From Alcanivorax sp. (lineage in GTDB: Bacteria > Pseudomonadota > Gammaproteobacteria > Pseudomonadales > Alcanivoracaceae), in NCBI GenBank assembly GCA_042090255.1, contig JBELJS010000010.1, positions 8,491 to 72,490 on the forward strand: DNA of 64,000 nt, in the 5' to 3' direction. Both the position numbers and the translations under genes were made by a program. Positions 30,055 to 39,520 of this stretch are shown here, piece after piece. Under the pieces are notes generated by a model that ran no database searches, was not told where the DNA came from, and saw nothing but the letters and a program-made list of their open reading frames with translations. Position 1 is the first letter of the stretch. The number at the start of each line of letters is the position of its first letter.

Positions 30055-30186
30055 TGTGGGAGCGAAATTGTGCGAGCGGGCCTCGCCCGCGAAAGGGAGC
30101 GAAGCTCCCGGCGGGATACCAGAGGTCTCTGGAATCCCGCCGGCCGGCTTTGCCGGCCTTTCGCGGGCCGGGCCCGCTCCCACAAG
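30055..30186. repeat. REPIN (inverted REP type 1 doublet), compact form
   Basis: The arms abut directly at ggataccagaggtctctggaatcc. The variable hairpins are gggagcgaagctccc and ggccggctttgccggcc. Confidence 0.9.
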
Positions 30187-30205
30187 GGGGCAGGGCCAAC
30201 CTCTT

Positions 30206-31180
30206 CTACGGAATCAGGACGACGGCGCCGTGGGTGCGGCGGGCTTCCATGTCGTCGTGGGCCTGGCCCACGTCCTGGAGGGCGTAGCGGACCGGGTCGT
30301 CGGGGGTGAGGATGCCGTCGCGCAGGGCCTGGAAGAAGGCGTCGGCGGCGGCGTCGCGGTCGGCCGGGTCGGCGGTGTAGTGGCCGAGCATGGGCCGCAC
30401 CACGGTGAAGGAGCCGGCGGCCAGGCGCGGCATGGCAAGCGGTTCCACCGGGCCGGAGGACTGGCCGAAGTTGACCAGGTGCCCGCGCGGCGCCAGGCAG
30501 ACCAGGGAATCGTAGAAGGTGTCTTTGCCGACGGAGTCGTAAGCGACGTCGACGCCGCGGCCGTCGGTGAGCTGCTTAACGGTTTCCACCACGTTCTGTT
30601 CCCGGTAGAGAATCACATGGTGACAGCCGTGCTTGCGTGCTCGCTCGGCTTTTTCCTCGCTGCCAACGGTGCCGATCACGGTGGCGCCCAGGTGGCGCGC
30701 CCACTGACACAGTAACTGCCCCACTCCGCCGGCGGCGGCCTGGACCAGAATGGTATTGTCCTCGCGGACCGGGAAGACGTCGGTGAGCAGGATGCGGGCG
30801 GTGAGTCCGCGTACCATCATGCCGGCCACCAGCGCGTCGTCGATATCGTCCGGCAGGCGCACCAGCCGGCCGGCGTCGATCAGGCGCTGGTCGGCGTAGG
30901 CGCCGTAATTGCCGGAGGTATACGCGACCCGGTCACCGACGGCGAACGCGTCCACGCCCTCGCCCACCGCTTCCACGATGCCGGCGGCCTCCAGCCCGGG
31001 GATGCCCGGCAGCGGCAGCGTCTGATAAAGCCCGGAACGCACATAGATGTCGTGGAAGTTCACGCCGATGGCGGTTTGCTTGAGACGCACCTGGCCGGGG
31101 CCCGGCTCACCCACCGACACCGTTTCCGGCCGCAGCACCTGCGGCCCGCCCGCTTCGTGCATGATCATCGCTGTCGCCAT
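30206..31180 (-). CDS. qor: NADPH:quinone oxidoreductase (zinc-type ADH superfamily)
   Basis: Start trimmed to MATAMIMHEAGGPQVL, preceded by AGGAGA. VQAAAGGVGQLL cofactor motif. The N-terminal extension in the track ORF is read-through of a REPIN. Confidence 0.85.
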   Translation of the reverse strand: MATAMIMHEAGGPQVLRPETVSVGEPGPGQVRLKQTAIGVNFHDIYVRSGLYQTLPLPGIPGLEAAGIVEAVGEGVDAFAVGDRVAYTSGNYGAYADQRLIDAGRLVRLPDDIDDALVAGMMVRGLTARILLTDVFPVREDNTILVQAAAGGVGQLLCQWARHLGATVIGTVGSEEKAERARKHGCHHVILYREQNVVETVKQLTDGRGVDVAYDSVGKDTFYDSLVCLAPRGHLVNFGQSSGPVEPLAMPRLAAGSFTVVRPMLGHYTADPADRDAAADAFFQALRDGILTPDDPVRYALQDVGQAHDDMEARRTHGAVVLIP

Positions 31181-31205
31181 GGGGTCTCCTGATGAGTGGT
31201 TGGCC

Positions 31206-31427
31206 TTGTGGAAGCGGGCCCTGCCCGCGAAAGGGAGCGAAGTTGTGCGAGCGGGCCTTGCCCGCGAAAGGAAGCAACGCTCCCGGCAAAGGTTGCCCCG
31301 CAGGATGCCAGAGAGCTTTCTAACGGTAGTACAAACAGCGTCTCTGGAATCCTGCCGGCAAGCAGAGCTTGCCTTTCGCGGGCTGGGCCCGCTCCCACAA
31401 GAGCCCGCTCGCACAGGGCTCCCACAA
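31206..31427. repeat. REPIN cluster (REP type 1)
   Basis: Extra REP cores at both ends. Hairpins are ggaagcaacgctccc and ggcaagcagagcttgcc. The ggcaaaggttgcc module is present. Confidence 0.9.
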
Positions 31428-31432
31428 GAACT

Positions 31433-32638
31433 TCAGGCTTGGCGCTCGATCAGCATGGCGACGCCTTGGCCAACGCCGATGCACAGGCTGACGAGGGCGT
31501 AGCGGCCGCCGGTGCGCTCGAGCTGGCGCAGGGCGGTGAGCGCCACGCGCACGCCGGAGGCGCCCAGCGGGTGGCCGACGGCGATGGCGCCGCCGTTGGG
31601 GTTGAGGCGTTCGTCGTCGCCCTGCAGGCCGAGCTGCTTGCAGCAGCCGAGCACCTGGGCGGCGAAGGCTTCGTTGATTTCGATCACATCCATGTCGGCC
31701 AGGGTGAGGCCGGCGCGCTGCAGGACTTTGTTGCAGGCGTGCACCGGGCCCAGGCCCATGACGCGGGGCGGTACGCCGGCGACGCCGCCGGCGATGATGC
31801 GCGCGCGGGGGGCGATGCCGGCTTTTTCGCCGGCGGCGCGGGAGCCGATGATCAGGGCGCCGGCGCCGTCGTTGACGCCGGAGGCGTTGCCGGCGGTGAC
31901 CACGCCGCCTTCGACGATGGCGGGCAGCTTGGCGAGCTTATCGACGCCGGTGCCGGGGCGCGGGTGTTCGTCTTCGCTGACCGAGAGCGGCGGCTTCTTG
32001 CGGCCCTGGGGCACGTCCACCGGCAGGATTTCCTCTTTGAAGAAGCCGTCGGCGCGGGCCTCTTCGTAGCGGCGCTGGGATTGGGCCGCGTAGGCGTCCG
32101 CCTGCTCGCGGCTGATGTCCAGGTCGGCGGCCACGTTCTGGGCGGTTTCCGGCATCGTGTCGCCGCCAAACTGCTTGAGGATTTTGGGGTTGGGGAAGCG
32201 CGCGCCGATGGTGGAGTCGAACATCGGCATGCTACGGCTGTAAGGGCTTTCCGCCTTGGCCATGACGAACGGGGCGCGGCTCATGGATTCGACGCCGCCG
32301 GCGATCACCAGCTGGCCTTCATCGACGGTGACCATGCGCGCCGCGTCCAGGGTGGCGGCCAAGCCGGAACCGCACAGGCGGTTAACGGTAAGGCCGGCCA
32401 CGGATTCCGGCAGCCCGGCCAGCAGCGCCGCGTGGCGGGCCACGTTGCGGGCGTCTTCGCCGGCCTGGTTGGTGTTGCCGGCGACCACGTCCTCGATCAG
32501 GGCCGGGTCGAAAGCGTTACGGGCAATCAGGGCGCGAATGACGTCGGCGAGCAGGTCGTCCGGGCGGACCGGCGCAAGGGCGCCAGCGTGGCGACCAAAG
32601 GGGGTGCGCAGGCCGTCGTAGATGTAGGCGTCGAGCAT
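31433..32638 (-). CDS. Acetyl-CoA C-acyltransferase / 3-oxoadipyl-CoA-type thiolase
   Basis: NRLCGSGL (active Cys), GHPLGASG, CIGVGQG. 401 aa. Confidence 0.9.
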   Translation of the reverse strand: MLDAYIYDGLRTPFGRHAGALAPVRPDDLLADVIRALIARNAFDPALIEDVVAGNTNQAGEDARNVARHAALLAGLPESVAGLTVNRLCGSGLAATLDAARMVTVDEGQLVIAGGVESMSRAPFVMAKAESPYSRSMPMFDSTIGARFPNPKILKQFGGDTMPETAQNVAADLDISREQADAYAAQSQRRYEEARADGFFKEEILPVDVPQGRKKPPLSVSEDEHPRPGTGVDKLAKLPAIVEGGVVTAGNASGVNDGAGALIIGSRAAGEKAGIAPRARIIAGGVAGVPPRVMGLGPVHACNKVLQRAGLTLADMDVIEINEAFAAQVLGCCKQLGLQGDDERLNPNGGAIAVGHPLGASGVRVALTALRQLERTGGRYALVSLCIGVGQGVAMLIERQA

Positions 32639-32751
32639 GAATAAGGTCCTCGTCCGCTAAGCGGAACACAATTCCGAAACTTGACGAAAAGCATAGGTCG
32701 TGACAGAGTTTGATGCAATACGCTGACTAAAACCAACGACAGAACAAGCCC

Positions 32752-33903
32752 ATGATTCGCGATCAGGAAGTACTCAACCAGCTCGTCGATACCATCCACC
32801 GTTTCGTCCGCGACCGCCTGATTCCGGCGGAGCAGTCCGTGGCCGAAAACGACGCCATTCCCGAGGACATCGCCCGGGAAATGAAAGAGATGGGCCTGTT
32901 CGGTTTGTCGATTCCCGAGGAATACGGCGGCCTGGGCCTGACCATGGAAGAGGAAGCCCTGGTGGCGTTCGAGATCGGCCATACGTCGCCGGCGTTCCGC
33001 TCTTTCTTCGGCACCAATAACGGCATCGGCGCCCAGGGTATTCTGATCGACGGTACCGAAGAGCAGAAGCAGAAGTACGTGCCCAAACTCGCCACCGGCG
33101 AAGTGATCAGTTCGTTCTGCCTGACCGAGCCGGACGTGGGCTCCGACGCGGCGAGTTTGAAAACCCGCGCGGACAAGGACGGCGACCACTACATTCTCAA
33201 CGGCACCAAGCGTTACATCACCAACGGCCCGGAAGCCGGCCTGTACACGGTGATGGCGCGTACCGACCAGAACAACAAGGGCGCCGGCGGCATCAGCGCC
33301 TTTGTCGTCGAAGGCGATACGCCGGGGCTGATCCGCGGCAAGCCGGACGTGAAGATGGGCCAGAAAGGCGCCCATGTTTGCGACATCACCTTCGAGGACT
33401 GCCGGGTGCCCGCCGAGAACATTATCGGCGGCAAGGAAGGCCAGGGCTTCAAGACCGCCATGAAGGTGCTGGACCGGGGCCGTCTGCACATCTCCGCGGT
33501 GTGCGTGGGCGTCGCCGAGCGTCTGATCGAGGACGCGCTGCGCTTCGCCATGGAGCGCAAGCAGTTCGGCGCGCCGCTGGCGGACCATCAGTTGATCCAG
33601 GCGATGCTGGCGGATTCCCGCGCCGAAGCGTTCGCCGGCCGTTCCATGGTGCTGGAAGCGGCACGCAGCAAGGACGCCGGCAAGAACGTCAGCCTCGACG
33701 CCTCCTGCTGCAAGCTGTTCTGCGCCGAGATGGTGGGCCGGGTGGCCGACCGCGCCGTGCAGATTCACGGCGGCGCCGGCTACATGGCCGAGTACGCGGT
33801 GGAGCGCTTCTACCGCGACGTGCGCCTGTTCCGGATCTACGAAGGCACCACCCAGATCCAGCAGATCGTGATCGCCCGAGGCATGGTCCGCGACGCGTCT
33901 TAG
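32752..33903 (+). CDS. Acyl-CoA dehydrogenase (canonical, with the YEGT catalytic motif)
   Basis: 383 aa. FRIYEGTTQIQQ is present. It is divergent from the thiolase gene. Confidence 0.9.
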   Translation: MIRDQEVLNQLVDTIHRFVRDRLIPAEQSVAENDAIPEDIAREMKEMGLFGLSIPEEYGGLGLTMEEEALVAFEIGHTSPAFRSFFGTNNGIGAQGILIDGTEEQKQKYVPKLATGEVISSFCLTEPDVGSDAASLKTRADKDGDHYILNGTKRYITNGPEAGLYTVMARTDQNNKGAGGISAFVVEGDTPGLIRGKPDVKMGQKGAHVCDITFEDCRVPAENIIGGKEGQGFKTAMKVLDRGRLHISAVCVGVAERLIEDALRFAMERKQFGAPLADHQLIQAMLADSRAEAFAGRSMVLEAARSKDAGKNVSLDASCCKLFCAEMVGRVADRAVQIHGGAGYMAEYAVERFYRDVRLFRIYEGTTQIQQIVIARGMVRDAS

Positions 33904-33920
33904 CGGCAAGCTGGCTTTGC

Positions 33921-34107
33921 TTGTGCGAGCGGGCCTTGTGGGAGCTTGCCCTGTGGGAGCGGGCCTCGCCCGCGAAAGGCAAGCTCTGCTTGCCGGCAAA
34001 GGTTGCCCCGCAGGATTCCAGAGGCCTTTCTAATGGCGGCATAAACAACCTCTCTGGGATCCTGCCGGGAGCTGCGCTCCCTTTCGCGGGCTGGGCCCGC
34101 TCCTACA
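33921..34107. repeat. REPIN cluster (REP type 1)
   Basis: Hairpins are ggcaagctctgcttgcc (33978-33994) and gggagctgcgctccc. The ggcaaaggttgcc module is present. Confidence 0.9.
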
Positions 34108-34124
34108 GGCTCCGTGAAATAACA

Positions 34125-35513
34125 ATGCTGAGATTTTCCCTGCCGGTCTGCATGCTCGGCACCTTATTGGCGCTCACCGCCGACAGCGGGTTGCAAGACA
34201 TCGGGCTATGGATGGCCCGCCCCGCACTTCTTCTCTATTTGATCGTGCAATGGCCACGCCAGGGCTATCTGGCCCGCGGGCTGCAGCTGGTGGCGCTGAC
34301 CCTGGCGGCCTCGGTGGCGGCGTTCCACTCCGACCCTGCGCCGATCCTCCTCGACGCCTGGGACCGCTTCTGCTTCTTCGCCACGTTCGTTTCCGCCCTG
34401 GGCCTGCTGCGGGTGTCGGCGATGCGTTCGCGGTTGATCCGCGACGCCGGCCAGGTGTTGATCCGCCAGCGGCCGACGTGGCGCTACCCTACCCTGTCGC
34501 TGGGCAGCGCGCTGTTCGGCATGATCGTCAATATCGGCGTGCTGAATCTGTTCGGCGCCATGGTGCAGCGCAGTAACAGCCTGAAAGCGGCCGCCGGCGT
34601 TAAGGCGATTCAGTCGATTCGCGAGCGGCGCATGATGATGGCGATGCTGCGCGGTTTTTCGCTGGCGCCGCTGGTGTCACCGTTGGGGATCACCCTGGCG
34701 GTAATCTTGTCGAGCATGCCGCAGCTGACCTGGTCGACCATCGCGCCGGTGGCGTTTCCCACCGCCGGGCTGGTGTTCTTTCTCGGCTGGGCGCTGGACT
34801 GGCTGCTCCGGCCCCGCCACCTGACCGCGCCCACGGCGAGCCGTCCCGCTTCGGGGCCGCTGTACCGCTTTATTCTGCTGGCACTGGGCATCACCGTGCT
34901 GGTGTTCGTGGTCAGCTTGGCGCTGAACGTACGGCTGCCGGTGGCGGTGCTGATCGCCTGCCCGCTGAGCGCGGTGGGCTGGATGGCGGTGCAGCGGCGG
35001 CGGCTGGGCGGCGGCACCGGGGTGGTGCGGGCGGTGACCCTGCTGGGCCGGCATTCGCGGCTGATCTTCGGTGCCAGCCGGAACGAGATCGCGGTGCTGG
35101 GCGGCTCGGCGTTCCTGGGCGGGCTGCTGATTCCGCTGGTGGATCAACAGTGGCTCGGCGACCTGCTGATCGCCACCGGCCTGCATGGCGCGCCGGCGGC
35201 GGTGGCGGCGATGTTGATCGTGCTGCTGCTGGCGCAGGTGGGGCTCAACCCGATTGTGTCGGTGACGCTGATCGCCGGGCTGTTCGCCGACACCCACGCC
35301 ATCGGCCTGGAACCACAAGTGCTGGCGGTGGCGCTGATGAGCGCCTGGAGCCTGGCGATGATCTCGTCGCCGTTCACCGCCGCCATGATGGTGCTGGCGC
35401 AGCTCACCGGCCGCTCGCCGTATACCCTGGCCTGGCGCTGGGACGGCCTGTTCTTTTTATTGCTGTTGCCGTTGATCAGCGGCTGGTTGTTTGTGGTGGA
35501 CGCGCTGTATTGA
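34125..35513 (+). CDS. Polytopic inner-membrane protein of unknown function
   Basis: Start trimmed to MLRFSLPVCML directly after the REPIN. About 462 aa with many hydrophobic segments. The 711-aa track ORF is an artefactual upstream extension. Confidence 0.6.
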   Translation: MLRFSLPVCMLGTLLALTADSGLQDIGLWMARPALLLYLIVQWPRQGYLARGLQLVALTLAASVAAFHSDPAPILLDAWDRFCFFATFVSALGLLRVSAMRSRLIRDAGQVLIRQRPTWRYPTLSLGSALFGMIVNIGVLNLFGAMVQRSNSLKAAAGVKAIQSIRERRMMMAMLRGFSLAPLVSPLGITLAVILSSMPQLTWSTIAPVAFPTAGLVFFLGWALDWLLRPRHLTAPTASRPASGPLYRFILLALGITVLVFVVSLALNVRLPVAVLIACPLSAVGWMAVQRRRLGGGTGVVRAVTLLGRHSRLIFGASRNEIAVLGGSAFLGGLLIPLVDQQWLGDLLIATGLHGAPAAVAAMLIVLLLAQVGLNPIVSVTLIAGLFADTHAIGLEPQVLAVALMSAWSLAMISSPFTAAMMVLAQLTGRSPYTLAWRWDGLFFLLLLPLISGWLFVVDALY

Positions 35514-35535
35514 GCGGCGGCATGTTGGGCTGACC

Positions 35536-35612
35536 GTGTCGGGTTACGCTGCGCTAACCCGACCTACATCGTTTCCGCGTAGGTCGGGTTAGGCCGGAGG
35601 CCGTAACCCGAC
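35536..35612. repeat. REP type 2 doublet
   Basis: gtgtcgggttacgctgcgctaacccgacctac and gtaggtcgggttaggccggaggccgtaacccgac. Confidence 0.85.
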
Positions 35613-35664
35613 GCCCAGCGGGATGCCGCCCAGCGGGATGCCGCCCAGCGGATTGCCGCCCAGC
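35613..35664. repeat. 15-bp tandem repeat, about 3.5 copies
   Basis: gcccagcgggatgcc, gcccagcgggatgcc, gcccagcggattgcc, gcccagcc. Confidence 0.9.
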
Positions 35665-35714
35665 CATTTTATACAATGCAACCGACATTCCGGCGGGTAT
35701 GTTAAGAGCTGATC

Positions 35715-35906
35715 TTGTGGAGCGGGCTCTTGTGGGAGCGGGCCCTGCCCGCGAAAGGCAAGCTCTGCTTGCCGGCAGGATCCCAGAGGCCTCTTTAGAA
35801 GCGCAATAGAAGCGTCTCTGGAATCCTGCCGGCCGGCTTTGCCGGCCTTTCGCGGGCAGGGCCCGCTCCCACAAAGGCCCGCTCCCAGACAGGCTCGGCC
35901 CCACAA
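35715..35906. repeat. REPIN cluster (REP type 1)
   Basis: Hairpins are ggcaagctctgcttgcc and ggccggctttgccggcc. Extra degenerate REP cores lie at both ends. Confidence 0.9.
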
Positions 35907-35913
35907 AGTGCGG

Positions 35914-36939
35914 TCAGGCGCTGAAGTAAAGGCGGCCGTCGCGCTCCTCTCGGCTGACGCGCCCGGTAGCGAGCAGGCAGTTCAGGTGGGCGATGCTTTC
36001 GCCCATGGCGAACATCAGCTGGTGGCTGTCGAGCTTGCGTTTGAACAGCACCGGCAGCAGATCGTGGGCGGTGATCGGTTGTTGCCGGCAGGCGTCCTCG
36101 GCGGCGTCGAGCTGCTCGCGGTGGTGGTCGCAGAGGTCGTCGACGCGGGCGTGCAGGCCGTGGAACGGCAGACCATGGGCGGGCAGCACCAGGGTGTTCT
36201 CGTCCATGGCGTCGCGCAACGCGCGCAGGGAATCGGTGAAGGCGGTGACCGGGTCGTCCTCCGGCTCCAACGCGCGCACCGTCAGGTTGCTGGAGATTTT
36301 CGGCAGCACCTGATCGCCGCTGATCAGCACGTTATCGTGCTCGCGGTAGAGGCAGATATGCTCCGGGGCGTGGCCGCGGCCGATGTGCACTCGCCAGGTG
36401 TCGCCGTTGACGGTGACGGCGTCACCGGCCGCCAGGGTGTCCGGTTGCGGCGGCAGTTCCGGCAGAATCTTGCGGAAGGTGTTGCCGCGCCCGGCCAGAG
36501 TATCCAGGTCGTCAGCGGGCACGCCGTGGCGACCGAAGAAGGCGCGGAAGTTATCGCCGATTTCCTGGTCGCTGGCTGCGTGCAGCTGGGTGGTCAGCGC
36601 CCACTCGCCCCGGGTCATCCACACCGGGGCCTGGAAGTGCCGCGCCAGCCAGCCGGCCTGACCGATGTGGTCCGGGTGGTAGTGGGTGACGATGATACGG
36701 TGGATGGGCCGACCGCCCAGGGCATCCTGGAACGCGGTGCGCCAGATTTCCTGGGTGTGACGCGAGGAAAAGCCCGTGTCCACCAGGGTCCAGCCGTCGC
36801 CGTCCTCAAGCAGCCACAGGTTGATGTGGTCGAGGGCGAACGGCAGAGGAAAGTTCAACCAATGCACGCCGGGGGCCACTTCCCGGCGCTGGCCGGGTTC
36901 CGGGGCCTGATCGAACGGGTACCGAAGCAGGTCGGTCAT
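35914..36939 (-). CDS. MBL-fold metallo-hydrolase
   Basis: Start trimmed to MTDLLRYPF. VTHYHPDHIGQ (HxHxDH) is present. Confidence 0.85.
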   Translation of the reverse strand: MTDLLRYPFDQAPEPGQRREVAPGVHWLNFPLPFALDHINLWLLEDGDGWTLVDTGFSSRHTQEIWRTAFQDALGGRPIHRIIVTHYHPDHIGQAGWLARHFQAPVWMTRGEWALTTQLHAASDQEIGDNFRAFFGRHGVPADDLDTLAGRGNTFRKILPELPPQPDTLAAGDAVTVNGDTWRVHIGRGHAPEHICLYREHDNVLISGDQVLPKISSNLTVRALEPEDDPVTAFTDSLRALRDAMDENTLVLPAHGLPFHGLHARVDDLCDHHREQLDAAEDACRQQPITAHDLLPVLFKRKLDSHQLMFAMGESIAHLNCLLATGRVSREERDGRLYFSA

Positions 36940-36968
36940 AACAAAACATCCGTAGCAGGGAGACGAGA

Positions 36969-37934
36969 ATGCAAGCGTGGCAAATTCAAGACGACCACAC
37001 GATGAAGCTGGCGTCCATGACCACACCGGAGCCGGGACCGGACCAGGTGCGCGTTAAAGTGCGCGCCATGGGCGTGAACCGGGCGGATATCTTGCAAGTG
37101 AAGGGGCTTTACCCGGCGCCGCCGGGCTTTGACAGCAGCGTGCCGGGGCTGGAATACGCCGGTGAGATCGAGGCGGTGGGCAGCCAGGTGATGGGCCGCA
37201 AAGTCGGCGACCGGGTGATGGGCCTGATCCCCGGCTGCGCTTATGCCGAGTATCTGGTGACCCACGAGCGCGAGACGCTGACACTGCCGGACGAGATCGA
37301 CTTCGCCACCGGCGCCACCATCCCCGAAGCGTTTTTGACCGCCTACCGGGCGATGTTCCTGGAAGGCGGCCTGCAGCCGGGGCAATGGGTGCTGGTGCGT
37401 CCGGCCACCGCCGGCGTCGGCCTGGCGGGCGTGCAACTGGCCAATGCCCTGGGCGCGCGGCCGATCGGCTCGAGCCGCAATCTGGACAACCTGGCCACCG
37501 CCCGAGAAATGGGCCTGGTGGAAGGCGTGCTGGAAGACGACACTCTGCCCGAGCGCCTGAAAGAGATCACCGGCGACGGCGTGGCGGTGATCTTCGACAT
37601 GGTGGGCCCGGACTGGAACCAGCTGCTCAAGGGCCTGCGCATCGAGGGCACGCTGGTGATGATCGGCGTGCTGGGTGGCACCAAGACCGAGCTGGACCTG
37701 CGCGGCATGATGCAGCGCCGGCAGACGCTCACCGCCATGACCATGCGCAGCCAGCCGCTGGAAAAGCGCATCGCCATCGCCAATGTGTTCAACGACCGCC
37801 TGGCACCGCTGTTCGCCAACGGCCGCCTGCGGCCGCTGCCCTTGAAGACGTTCCCGTTCAGCGACGCCACCGCGGCGCACGCGCATATGATTGAGGACGC
37901 GTTCAGTGGCAAGCGGGTACTGGAAATCCAATGA
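36969..37934 (+). CDS. NAD(P)H quinone oxidoreductase (PIG3/Qor-like, MDR superfamily)
   Basis: GGGAGA RBS. GVNRADILQVKGLYP and PATAGVGLAGVQLA. 321 aa. Confidence 0.85.
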   Translation: MQAWQIQDDHTMKLASMTTPEPGPDQVRVKVRAMGVNRADILQVKGLYPAPPGFDSSVPGLEYAGEIEAVGSQVMGRKVGDRVMGLIPGCAYAEYLVTHERETLTLPDEIDFATGATIPEAFLTAYRAMFLEGGLQPGQWVLVRPATAGVGLAGVQLANALGARPIGSSRNLDNLATAREMGLVEGVLEDDTLPERLKEITGDGVAVIFDMVGPDWNQLLKGLRIEGTLVMIGVLGGTKTELDLRGMMQRRQTLTAMTMRSQPLEKRIAIANVFNDRLAPLFANGRLRPLPLKTFPFSDATAAHAHMIEDAFSGKRVLEIQ

Positions 37935-37936
37935 GC

Positions 37937-38012
37937 GATTCAGGATGCAGGATACAGGATGAAGATCACGCACCGCGGGTTCTCCTGAATCCTGCATCCT
38001 GAATCCTGTATC
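37937..38012. other. Low-complexity hairpin built from caggat-type short repeats
   Basis: gattcaggatgcaggat (37937-37953) is the exact reverse complement of atcctgcatcctgaatc (37989-38005). Alternative registers are possible because caggat and atcctg recur. Confidence 0.7.
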
Positions 38013-38101
38013 GCGCCCACAGGGCGCTATGCGATAACCCATAACGTCAATATCATTGTTATATTAATGAAATACTATTTCACAACAAATGAGGTGCCGC
38101 A

Positions 38102-38860
38102 ATGACCGAAGCTACCGCGACTCGCCAGAGTCAGATGAGCCAGGCCGAGTGGGAAGTGCGCAAGGACCTGGCCGCCGCCTACCGGCTGGTCGCCCTGTAC
38201 GGCTGGGAAGACCTGGTGTTCACCCACTTGTCCGCGCGCGTGCCGGGGCCGGAGCATCATTTCCTGATCAACCCTTACGGCTGGTTGTTCGATGAGATCA
38301 CCGCGTCGTCGCTGATCAAGGTGGATTCCGAAGGCGAGATCGTCGACCCCGGCGCCACCAACCGGGTTAACCCGGCCGGCTTCACCATCCACAGCGCGGT
38401 GCACATGGCCCGGGAAGAAGCGGGCGCGGTGCTGCACCTGCACGCCGCCGACGGGGTCGCCGTGAGCGCGCACAAGGAAGGCCTGCTGCCGCTCAGCCAG
38501 ACCGCCATGCTGTGCCTGGACCACATCAGCTTCCACGACTACGAAGGCGTGGCGCTGAACCTGGACGAGCGCGAGCGGCTGGTGAAAGACCTGGGCGACA
38601 AGAACATGATGTTGCTGCGCAACCACGGCACCTTGACCGTGGGCAAGGACGTGGCGGAAGCCTTCACCTACATGTACTTCCTGATGAAGGCCAGCGAGAT
38701 CCAGGTGCGCACCCTGGGCCAGGGCGAGCCCTACGTGCCCTCCCAGGCCGCCATCGACACCACCAGCGACCAGTCCAAGCAGCTCGGCATGGCCAGCCAG
38801 CTCACCTGGCCCGCCCTGCTCCGCAAGCTCGAACGCATCAACAGCGATTACGCCACCTGA
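38102..38860 (+). CDS. Class II aldolase/adducin-family protein
   Basis: 252 aa. WEVRKDLAAAYRLVALYGW.DLVFTHLSARVPG is the typical N-terminus of this family. Confidence 0.8.
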   Translation: MTEATATRQSQMSQAEWEVRKDLAAAYRLVALYGWEDLVFTHLSARVPGPEHHFLINPYGWLFDEITASSLIKVDSEGEIVDPGATNRVNPAGFTIHSAVHMAREEAGAVLHLHAADGVAVSAHKEGLLPLSQTAMLCLDHISFHDYEGVALNLDERERLVKDLGDKNMMLLRNHGTLTVGKDVAEAFTYMYFLMKASEIQVRTLGQGEPYVPSQAAIDTTSDQSKQLGMASQLTWPALLRKLERINSDYAT

Positions 38861-38865
38861 TTGCG

Positions 38866-38980
38866 TTGTGCGAGCGGGCCTTTGTGGGAGCGGGCCTTGC
38901 CCGCGAAAGGCAGCGAAGTTGTGCGAGCGGGCGGGGCCCGCTCCCACAAGGCCCGCTCCCACAGAGGCCCGCTCCTACAC
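38866..38980. repeat. REP type 1 cluster (about five REP cores, no full arms), 5' flank of the RAYT gene
   Basis: gtgcgagcgggcc, gtgggagcgggccttgcccgcgaaagg, gtgcgagcgggcggggcccgctcccacaag, gcccgctcccacag, gcccgctcctacac. Confidence 0.9.
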
Positions 38981-39058
38981 GAAAATCAGCTTCGGCTGAC
39001 AGAGAAGCGAGCCTCCTCGGGTTAGCGTGATGCCTCCAATAGAAAGGAGGTATCACTC

Positions 39059-39520
39059 ATGCCAAGGAAGGCCCACTCCCACCGTTTGCGTATCGGTCGC
39101 GTTAGCGAGACCGGGCGCGTCTATCTGATCACCATCACTTGCCATCAACGACACACGCACTTCTCCGCCTTGCAAAGCGGCCGCTGCTTCGTACAGGCCT
39201 TGCGTGCCTGCACCGTGCACGCGGTCACCCTCAGCTATGTGGTGATGCCCGACCATGTTCACTGGTTAATGGCTCTTCGTGAGCACGCCGATTTATCCAT
39301 CACCGTACAGAAAGCCAAATCCCTGACCACTCAGCGTTGGCGTCGCGCAGGCCGGGGCGACAACGAACGTCTCTGGCACGCCGGCTTTCATGACCGTGCG
39401 CTACGCCGCGAAGAAGATCTGGTCGCCATGGCCCGCTATATCGTAGCCAACCCGCTCCGCGCCGGCCTCGTTAACGATATCGGCGACTACCCGCATTGGG
39501 ATTCCGCCTGGCTCTTGTAG
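39059..39520 (+). mobile_element. REP-associated tyrosine transposase (RAYT; IS200/IS605 TnpA-like Y1 HUH enzyme)
   Basis: 153 aa. HUH motif in VVMPDHVHWLM and the catalytic-Tyr region ARYIVANPLRAGL. REP type 1 clusters flank it on both sides. The stop codon TAG lies inside the first REP (ttgTAGgagcgggcc). Confidence 0.85.

Noticed and set aside
33378-35513. ORFs with long N-terminal extensions, including the 711-aa ORF here. Others are 30206-31414, 42302-43486, 28580-29989, 57461-58300, 58422-59699, 53159-54994, 35914-37026 and 26089-26730.
   Set aside because: The extensions are translations of REPINs or of the upstream gene's antisense strand. Internal ATGs preceded by AGGAG-like sites give proteins with normal family N-termini, so the starts were trimmed.
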